A DNA stretch of 64,000 bases, taken from contig CAIYPF010000116.1 in assembly GCA_903928015.1 (NCBI GenBank), positions 27,084 through 91,083 of the forward strand, given 5' to 3'. Under the pieces are notes generated by a model. That model searched no databases. It was not told where the DNA came from and saw nothing but the letters and a program-made list of their open reading frames with translations. Source of the DNA: an uncultured Gammaproteobacteria bacterium (GTDB lineage Bacteria > Pseudomonadota > Gammaproteobacteria > Pseudomonadales > UBA5518). The stretch's first letter is position 1, and each line of letters begins with the position of its first letter. A program made the translations under genes and the position numbers. Of this stretch, positions 9,679 to 16,485 are shown piece after piece.

Positions 9679-11496
9679 TCAACGGATCGAGGCGATGTGC
9701 TGCAGGAATTCCTGTGCATCCTTGAAGCCCACCAGACGCAGGCCTGCGTGCTCTGCGCCGCCTGCTTCGAAGAAGGCGATACCGGGCGGGCCGAACAGGC
9801 CGAACCGCTTGAGCAGCGCCTGGTCCTCGGGATCGTTCTCGGTAACATCCGCCTTCAGCAGACGGAAGCCCGCAAGACGCGCACGCACCGCCGGATCACC
9901 GAAGGTGAGGTGTTCCATCTCTTTGCAGGCAGCGCACCACTCGGCGTAGACGTCGAGCATCACCGGCATCGGAGAGGCTGCGATACGAGCATCCAGTTCC
10001 GCCACCGTGGCCACCGGCTCGAAGGCCAGCGCGGGGCCCGCCTTGCCGGTGCCAGAGGCGCGGGCCGTGAGCATCAGCGGCTGCAGCGGGTCGCGATTGC
10101 CGGCGAGCACACCGAGGAGCATGGCCGCGCCGGTGATGAGCATCACGATTCCGAGGCCCTTCCAGAGCTTGCTCCACCCGCTGGCCGCAGCCGGCAGCGG
10201 ATCGATGGCATGCATGTAGATGGCGGGCACGATCAGCAGCAAGGACCAGGCGATCATGCGAGCGGCGGGCGGAATCACCGGCGAGACCAGATACACCGCC
10301 GTCGCCAGCAGGATCACGCCGAAGACCTTCTTCACGCTTTCCATCCACGCACCTGCACGCGGCAGCAGCGAGCCGGCGGAGAGACCGACCAGCAGCAAGG
10401 GCACACCCATGCCGAGCGCCATCACGAAAAGTGCACCGCCACCGAGAAGCGCATTGCCCGTCTTCCCGATGTAGAGCAAGGCACCGGCGAGGGGCGCTGC
10501 CACGCAGGGCCCCACGATCAGGGCCGAGACTGCACCCATCACGAACACGCCGAACAAGCTGCCACCCTTCATGGAATCGGCGCTGCTGGAAAGCCGGGTC
10601 TGCAGCGCGGAGGGCATCTGCAACTCGTAAAAGCCGAACATCGAGAACGACAGCACCACGAAGACGGCGGCGAAACTGCCGAGCACCCAGGGATTCTGCA
10701 GCGAACTCGAAATCAGTGTGCCACCGAGGCCGGCCCCAACGCCTGCGAGCGAGTAGGTGATCGCCATGCCGCCCACATAGGCCGCGGCAAGTGCAAATCC
10801 ACGCCCCCGAGAGACCTTGCCGCCCTGCCCCACGATGATCCCGGAGAGGATGGGGATCATCGGCAGTACACAGGGCGTGAGGGAGAGCCCAAGCCCTGCC
10901 ACAAAGAAAAACAGCAGATTCGCGAGCAAGCCCGAGTTGCTCAAGGCACGGGCGATCACGCTGCTCTCGTCGCTGCCTTCGGCTGGAACGCTTGCCGCTG
11001 CAGTCGATGCAACCGGCAGCGCTGCAGTCACGGGAACCGGAGCCGGAGCAGCAGCGGCTGCGGGCAGCCCGTCCAGCGCCACGGTGAAGCGGTGCGTTTG
11101 CGGCGGGTAGCAGAAGCCTTTGACGGCGCAGCCCTGCACAACGGCCTTCAGGTGCACCGAGGAGGCCCCTGCAGGCACTGCCGTCACAGGCAAGCGCACC
11201 GCGACATGGCGGAAATACACCTCATCCTTGCCGAGGTACTCGTCCTCGTGCGGTTCACCCGCGGGGAACTGCGCCTGCCCCAGACTTGCACCGGCATCCT
11301 CCAGCGCGAAGCGGAACCGCCCGCGGTAGAGGTAATAGCCCTCTGCCACGTCGACCGACAACTCCAGCGTGCGAGCATCAATCGCACGCACCGAGGGCCG
11401 GAAGGCCTCGGCCGGGTCGAGAAAATCCCCGGCCCGGACGAGAGTGGCGGCAAACAGCAGCAACCAGGCTACGCAGCGCATGCGCGAGGTCCTCAT
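9679..11496 (-). CDS. dsbD: Thiol:disulfide interchange protein DsbD
   Basis: The 605-aa ORF has a signal peptide, an N-terminal periplasmic domain, a membrane core with CVLPMIPILSG, and a C-terminal thioredoxin fold (YAEWCAACKEME). Its ATG shares nt 11496 with the upstream stop (TGATG). Confidence 0.9.
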   Translation of the reverse strand: MRTSRMRCVAWLLLFAATLVRAGDFLDPAEAFRPSVRAIDARTLELSVDVAEGYYLYRGRFRFALEDAGASLGQAQFPAGEPHEDEYLGKDEVYFRHVAVRLPVTAVPAGASSVHLKAVVQGCAVKGFCYPPQTHRFTVALDGLPAAAAAPAPVPVTAALPVASTAAASVPAEGSDESSVIARALSNSGLLANLLFFFVAGLGLSLTPCVLPMIPILSGIIVGQGGKVSRGRGFALAAAYVGGMAITYSLAGVGAGLGGTLISSSLQNPWVLGSFAAVFVVLSFSMFGFYELQMPSALQTRLSSSADSMKGGSLFGVFVMGAVSALIVGPCVAAPLAGALLYIGKTGNALLGGGALFVMALGMGVPLLLVGLSAGSLLPRAGAWMESVKKVFGVILLATAVYLVSPVIPPAARMIAWSLLLIVPAIYMHAIDPLPAAASGWSKLWKGLGIVMLITGAAMLLGVLAGNRDPLQPLMLTARASGTGKAGPALAFEPVATVAELDARIAASPMPVMLDVYAEWCAACKEMEHLTFGDPAVRARLAGFRLLKADVTENDPEDQALLKRFGLFGPPGIAFFEAGGAEHAGLRLVGFKDAQEFLQHIASIR

Positions 11497-13445
11497 CAGA
11501 TGACCACCAGGAAATCGCCCGCCGTGAGACCGGCGCCGGGGTGGGTCGTGGCATTGCTGAAGATTGTGGCGAACTGCACCTGCGCCGCGCCGCCCACCCC
11601 ATCGGCGTCGTAATAGAGCGCGCCGCTGGTCTGGTCGTAGATGATGTGGTCATTGGCATCGAGCGCTGCCGTGCCCTTCACGAACATCGTGGCATCGAGC
11701 GCGGTGGTGACGGTGACAGGGCCAAGCGCAAGGAAGATGTCGTCGTCCAGCTGGATCCTGTCCGCCGCGCCGTTGGCATCCCAGTCCTTGATGATGTCAA
11801 CGTTGGTAGTGGCGTCGAGCGCGGTGTTGAACACGAAGGAGTCGATGCCAGCACCACCCGTGAGGATGTCGTTGCCGAGCCCGGCCTTGATGATGTCCGC
11901 GCCCAGCCCGCCATTGATGGCGTTACTGCCGTTGTTGCCAGTGATGAGGTTGGCCTTGTCGTTGCCGGTGCCGCCGATGTTGCCCGTACCGCCCAGCACG
12001 AGGTTCTCGACGAAATTGGCGAGCGTGTAGACGGGCGCCAGGCTGCGCACCATGTCCACGCCGCCGGCATCCGTCACACCGTCGGTGGTCTCGTCGACCA
12101 CATCGAAGCGGCTGTTCACGACATAGGTGTCGTTGCCGGCACCGCCGCGCATCGTATCGGTCAGCAGGCCACCGTCGAGGGTGTCATTGCCGGCACCGCC
12201 GATCAGCGTGTCGCTGCCATCAAGGCCGAAGAACTTGTTGGCACCATCGTTACCCGTCATGAGGTTGGCCGAGGCATTGCCGGTGCCGATAAGGGCCGCG
12301 CTGCCGCCGAGCGTGAGGTTCTCGATGAAGGTGCCCAGCGTGAAGCTCGCGGTGGCCAGCACGGTATCGGTACCGCCTGCGTCGACGCTGCCGCCGGACA
12401 CGGTGAACTCCTGCACCACGTCGAGCGAACTGTCGACGATGTAGGTGTCGTTGCCTGCTCCGCCCAGCATGGAGTCGTTGCCGGCGCCACCGTCCAGGGT
12501 GTTGGCGCCGTCGTTGCCGGTGATCTGGTTGGCAAGCGCGTTGCCCGTGCCAGACAAGGCCGTGCCCGTGAGCGTCAGGTTCTCGAGGAAGGCGCCGAGC
12601 GTGTAATCCACGCTGGCCTGCACGGTATCGTTTCCGCCGGCATCCACGCTGCCGCCCGCAACCGTTGCTTCCTGCACCACGTCGAGGGCGCTGTCGACGA
12701 TGTAGGTGTCGTTGCCTGCACCGCCGGCAAGCGTGTCGTTGCCGAGCCCGCCGTCCAGAGTGTCGTTGCCGGCATCACCCGAGAGCAGGTTCGCCGATGC
12801 GTTACCCGTGATCGCGTTGTTCAGCGTGTTGCCGGTGCCGTTCGCGGCGGTGCCGGTGAGCGTCAGGTTTTCGAGGAAGGCTCCAAGCGTGAAGTTGACG
12901 GCAGATTGCACGGTGTCGATGCCGCCGGCATCCACGGTGGTAGCGGTGCGCGTGGCGGTATCGAAATGCACGCTGCTGTTCGACTCGATCACCTGGTCAG
13001 CGGCGTTATCGACCACATAGGTGTCGTTGCCGGCGCCACCGTACATCGAATCCGCGCCTGCGGAGCCGTCGAGGGTATCGTTGCCTGCAAGGCCGAGCAG
13101 CAGGTCGGGAACTGACGTGGATGTGGATCCGGTCAGGGCGTCGTCGCCCGTGGTTCCGACAGCGATGACGAGGTTCGTGTACTTGATCTGCTCGAAATTC
13201 CTGAACGTGGCCGAGCCGCTCGAGGTGGTCAGCGTGATCACGCCCGTCCCGTCCACGGTCAGCTTGAAGTGCGAATCAGGGAAGGCGTAGCCCTGCTTGG
13301 TGGTATCCACCGTGTCCTTGCCCGCGAGACCGTCAATGGTGGCACCCTTGATGTTTGATGCGGACGCGGCGGATGCGCCCCCCAGAAAGCCATCGAAAAT
13401 GAAAAAGTTGTTGTTGCCCGTATCAAGCGAAATCGTCGTTGCCAT
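11496..13445 (-). CDS. RTX / hemolysin-type calcium-binding repeat protein (probable type I secretion substrate)
   Basis: The 649-aa ORF has many GGAGNDTL/GGxGxD nonapeptides and a C-terminal block (ALYYDADGVGGAAQVQFATI...LTAGDFLVVI) typical of T1SS-secreted Ca-binding proteins. It has no N-terminal signal peptide. Confidence 0.85.
   Translation of the reverse strand: MATTISLDTGNNNFFIFDGFLGGASAASASNIKGATIDGLAGKDTVDTTKQGYAFPDSHFKLTVDGTGVITLTTSSGSATFRNFEQIKYTNLVIAVGTTGDDALTGSTSTSVPDLLLGLAGNDTLDGSAGADSMYGGAGNDTYVVDNAADQVIESNSSVHFDTATRTATTVDAGGIDTVQSAVNFTLGAFLENLTLTGTAANGTGNTLNNAITGNASANLLSGDAGNDTLDGGLGNDTLAGGAGNDTYIVDSALDVVQEATVAGGSVDAGGNDTVQASVDYTLGAFLENLTLTGTALSGTGNALANQITGNDGANTLDGGAGNDSMLGGAGNDTYIVDSSLDVVQEFTVSGGSVDAGGTDTVLATASFTLGTFIENLTLGGSAALIGTGNASANLMTGNDGANKFFGLDGSDTLIGGAGNDTLDGGLLTDTMRGGAGNDTYVVNSRFDVVDETTDGVTDAGGVDMVRSLAPVYTLANFVENLVLGGTGNIGGTGNDKANLITGNNGSNAINGGLGADIIKAGLGNDILTGGAGIDSFVFNTALDATTNVDIIKDWDANGAADRIQLDDDIFLALGPVTVTTALDATMFVKGTAALDANDHIIYDQTSGALYYDADGVGGAAQVQFATIFSNATTHPGAGLTAGDFLVVI
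11829..12935 (-). repeat. Four tandem ~87-105-aa super-repeats inside the RTX gene
   Basis: The repeated unit is VDAGGxDTVxxxxxxTLGxFxENLTLxGTxxxxGTGNxxxNxxTGNxGxNxL.GGxGNDxxxGGAGNDTYxVDSxxDVVxE. Copies start at about aa 171, 267, 354 and 459. Confidence 0.8.
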
Positions 13446-13457
13446 TCCGGCCGGCCC

Positions 13458-14357
13458 TCAGGTTTGAAATGAATTGGAGAAAATCGCTCCGTCGGCGTCC
13501 ACGCAGAGGTGGGTCATGCCGGCGGCGCGCAGGAAATCAAGGCCATCGTGCTGCTTCAGCATCGCGATCGTGGCGTAGCTGCCCGCCACCACGGCAAGTG
13601 GCGCGAGCACGCTCACCGAGGACCAGTGCGACACGGGCCAGCCCGTGCGCGGGTCGAGAACGTGGCAGTAACGCTTCCCTTCATGCTCGAAGTAACGTTC
13701 GTAATCACCGCTGGTAGCCAGAGCGCCCTGGCTCACGGGAATGGTGGCGATCACCTCACCGGGGCGGCGCGGGTTCTGCACGCCGATCAGCCAGGGGCTG
13801 CCATCTGCCTGCGGCCCCACGGCGCGGATGTCACCGCCCAGATTCACATAGCCGTGCGCGAAGCCTCGCTCGGTGAGCAATGTGGCCGCACGGTCGGCAG
13901 CGTATTCCTTGCCGAAGCCGCCGAAATCGATCTCCATGCCGGCCTCGGGCAAGCGGATGGCCGCCTCCTGGCGTTCGACCCGCTGCCAGCCTATGTGCGC
14001 CAGCAGCCTGTCGAGCTCGGCCTGCTCGGGCAGCTTGCGTTCGCGGAAGTTCCAGGCCTGCCGCAGGATGCCGGAGGTGATGTCGAAGAGGCCGTCGCTC
14101 TGGCGGTTGAGCGCGTCGGCGAAATCGAGAAGCGTGCGCATTTCCGCATCGATCCCGATCCACTCGCCCGAACCGGCCGCCGCGTTTATGCGCGACACGA
14201 CAGAATCCGCGCGGTAGCGTGAATAGCGCTCCTCGATGCGCTGCACTTCACGCACAGCCACTTCCAGCGCGGCAGAGGCCTCGGCCTGGCCGGGCGCTGC
14301 CAACATGATTTCGTTGGCGCCGCCCATAGCGCGGAATTCGGTACGGAAAATCTCCAT
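13458..14357 (-). CDS. apbE: FAD:protein FMN transferase (ApbE family), no recognisable signal peptide
   Basis: ORF 13458..14402 is trimmed to the ATG at 14357 (MEIFRTEFRAMGGANEIMLA...), 1 nt after the upstream stop. The sequence is ApbE-like throughout (DITSGILRQAW, GGFGKEYAADRA, NLGGDIRAVG, ATSGDYERYF...HVLDPRTG). Confidence 0.85.
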   Translation of the reverse strand: MEIFRTEFRAMGGANEIMLAAPGQAEASAALEVAVREVQRIEERYSRYRADSVVSRINAAAGSGEWIGIDAEMRTLLDFADALNRQSDGLFDITSGILRQAWNFRERKLPEQAELDRLLAHIGWQRVERQEAAIRLPEAGMEIDFGGFGKEYAADRAATLLTERGFAHGYVNLGGDIRAVGPQADGSPWLIGVQNPRRPGEVIATIPVSQGALATSGDYERYFEHEGKRYCHVLDPRTGWPVSHWSSVSVLAPLAVVAGSYATIAMLKQHDGLDFLRAAGMTHLCVDADGAIFSNSFQT

Positions 14358-14358
14358 G

Positions 14359-15498
14359 TCAGTCGAAGGACCAGCTGACACCGAACTGCAGGAAGTTCGC
14401 ACGGAAGGGTTTGATGCCCTTGCTGCCGTCGCCCCAGGGGTACCAGTCGGAGCGTTGCTCGTAGTTCTGGTACTCCACGTCGACTACCCAGTCGGGGCCG
14501 ATCTGCTTCTCTGCCTTCAGGCCGAAGGTCGTGGCACCGAAGGTGGAAAGACGCTGATCCTGTGACTGGATCTGGCTGCGTGGACGGAAATTCGGCACAC
14601 CCGGGAAGCGCGGAGCCACATAGAAATCGGCGTCTTCCTGTGCGTAGAGGCGCACTTCCGGCGTGAGCGTCCAGCCGTGCGGCAGCTGCTGCACGTACTC
14701 GATGTCCACCATGTGGGCCACGACGCCGAAGGTGTCTTCGTAGTAGCGATAGCTGAGACGCGAGGTGCCATCCAGCGACGGGAAGTGGTGGTTCCAGCGC
14801 ACCATGGCCACGTCTTGCTGGCGATGGCCCGGACGGTTGTCGCGGAATTTGTAGGGGTCGCTGAAGAAACCCTTGCCTTCGGCGCGACTGAGGTTGAACT
14901 GCACGATATCGAGCGGGGAGAGCACCTGCGAGATGCCCACCATCGCGGTGTCCGTGTCCTTGGATTCCTGCGTCGCACCGATGGTGGAAACGTCGATGCG
15001 ATCGTGCACCGTCGAGACACCAGTCGAGAGGGTCGTGTTGTTCGATTCCGTGCTCCAGGAGCCCGTCAGCGAGTACCCGCGGGAGGTGTAGTCGCTTTCT
15101 TGCGAGTCGACCCAGCCTGCCGTCAGCGTGCCGCGGTGGAAATAACGCGAGACCGAGATGTCACGGCCTACGCGGCGCTCCTCTATTTGTCCGGCCAGCA
15201 GTTGCTCGCTGTGGAAATAGGGCGAGGCGCCCGACACGATGTCACGCGTGTAGGAGCCACCGACCGACCACTCGCCTGCGACCGGCAGCACCACCGACAT
15301 GGCATTGGCCTTGACGCCGATGCGGTCCCAGCCGGGCTGCATGTCCTGATAGTCGAGGTGACGGTACGACACAGTGCCACGCTCGGGCGGATTGTCGGCC
15401 TGCACGGCCTGTATGCCCGGAATCGCGAGTGCGGCAAGGAGAATGCCCTGACCGAGCCCGTGCGCCTGCGCCCTTGAACGTTGACCGTGTTCGCTCAT
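14359..15498 (-). CDS. DUF3570-like outer-membrane protein (predicted beta-barrel), uncharacterised
   Basis: ORF 14359..15534 is trimmed to the ATG at 15498 (MSEHGQRSRAQAHGLGQGILLAALAIPGIQAVQA|D signal peptide). It is rich in alternating aromatic/polar strands and ends in FGVSWSFD. It contains DIVSGAS at 15223..15243. The family assignment is from memory of DUF3570 proteins, not a search. Confidence 0.75.
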   Translation of the reverse strand: MSEHGQRSRAQAHGLGQGILLAALAIPGIQAVQADNPPERGTVSYRHLDYQDMQPGWDRIGVKANAMSVVLPVAGEWSVGGSYTRDIVSGASPYFHSEQLLAGQIEERRVGRDISVSRYFHRGTLTAGWVDSQESDYTSRGYSLTGSWSTESNNTTLSTGVSTVHDRIDVSTIGATQESKDTDTAMVGISQVLSPLDIVQFNLSRAEGKGFFSDPYKFRDNRPGHRQQDVAMVRWNHHFPSLDGTSRLSYRYYEDTFGVVAHMVDIEYVQQLPHGWTLTPEVRLYAQEDADFYVAPRFPGVPNFRPRSQIQSQDQRLSTFGATTFGLKAEKQIGPDWVVDVEYQNYEQRSDWYPWGDGSKGIKPFRANFLQFGVSWSFD

Positions 15499-15499
15499 G

Positions 15500-15718
15500 T
15501 CAATTGCACCCGCAACCGCCGCCGCCCACGCCACCGCCGCCCGATGCGGCCTCCTTGCTGAAATAGGTGTGCTCGCGATAGGCCTCGTCGAGCTTGTCCG
15601 CTGCGAATGTCATCTCTTTCTTGGCCAGATAACCTTTTTCCCAGGGTTGCACGGGCTTGATCGCGGAACAGCCCGCCAACCCGACAACGGCAATCAGTGC
15701 AACGATGGCTTTGCTCAC
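15500..15718 (-). CDS. DUF4266-like small lipoprotein with a Gly-rich C-terminal CGCN tail
   Basis: The 72-aa ORF has a canonical lipobox (VGLAGC|S) and ends in SGGGGVGGGGCGCN. It overlaps the upstream tlpA-like gene by 4 nt and ends 1 nt before the next ATG. Confidence 0.7.
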   Translation of the reverse strand: MSKAIVALIAVVGLAGCSAIKPVQPWEKGYLAKKEMTFAADKLDEAYREHTYFSKEAASGGGGVGGGGCGCN

Positions 15719-16221
15719 GGTGCTGCTCCCAGATGGCGTTGGATCATCTCTTCCAACGTGGCAGCGTCCTTTTCGTTGAACCCCGCGTGGACTTCCAGCA
15801 CCTTGCCGTCGGCGCCGACCAGAAAGCTGGTGGGCATGCCCTTCACGCCGTAGCGCGTGGGAGCCTCACCGGAGGGATCGAATGCGATGGGGAATTCCGC
15901 GGGGATCTTCGCCAGAAAGCCGTCCGCGTCGGAGCGTTCCTGATCCAGATTGACCGCTACAACCGCAAGCCCCTTGCTGGCGTACTTGCGGTGCATCTCG
16001 TTCATCCACGGGAAGGATTTGCGGCAGGGACCACACCACGAGGCCCAGAAATCGACGTAGGTGAGCTTGCCCGCGACCGGCACCGGCTGGGGTCCACTGA
16101 CACCTGCGAGAGGCAGCACCGGAGCGACTTCGCCCGGTTCGAGCGCGATGGCAGCACTGCCGACGCAACTGAGCAGGCAGAGAGCTGCCACGCGAAGACT
16201 CTGGATGAACTGGGGACGCAT
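15715..16221 (-). CDS. TlpA/ResA-family periplasmic thiol-disulfide oxidoreductase (probable lipoprotein)
   Basis: It has the thioredoxin motif WASWCGPC. The start is set to the second ATG (16221), which follows AAGGAG, giving MRPQFIQSLRVAALCLLSC. The ATG at 16236 is also possible. Confidence 0.8.
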   Translation of the reverse strand: MRPQFIQSLRVAALCLLSCVGSAAIALEPGEVAPVLPLAGVSGPQPVPVAGKLTYVDFWASWCGPCRKSFPWMNEMHRKYASKGLAVVAVNLDQERSDADGFLAKIPAEFPIAFDPSGEAPTRYGVKGMPTSFLVGADGKVLEVHAGFNEKDAATLEEMIQRHLGAAP

Positions 16222-16485
16222 GAACTCTCCTTGCATGAACGCCGCATTGATACGGCAGGTTTTCGGGTGGAGCGCGGCTGAGACGCAGCGAGCTTTCCGT
16301 TTCCTTCGCCTCCAAGGCTAAACCAGTATTGCAGTGGGCGATTTGACGCCGGTCACAGTCTGACCGAGGGCTACGTCCCATAACGGAACATCAGGCAGCG
16401 GGCAGGGTTGCCCCGTGTAGCAGACGCAGTTGGGCATTCGCATCACCGGGATCTCCTGCGCCCCGGCCAAACCGTACTTTCCTCC

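Noticed and set aside
11829-12935. A regularly spaced repeat array that could superficially resemble a CRISPR or mobile repeat
   Set aside because: The repeats are in-frame protein repeats of an RTX gene (units of about 260-315 nt, diverged, with no unique spacers). There are no cas genes.
9697-13115. 638-aa and 609-aa plus-strand ORFs (9697..11613 and 11286..13115)
   Set aside because: They are antisense to dsbD and the RTX gene. The second merely mirrors the RTX repeats as V/D/G/A-rich low complexity.
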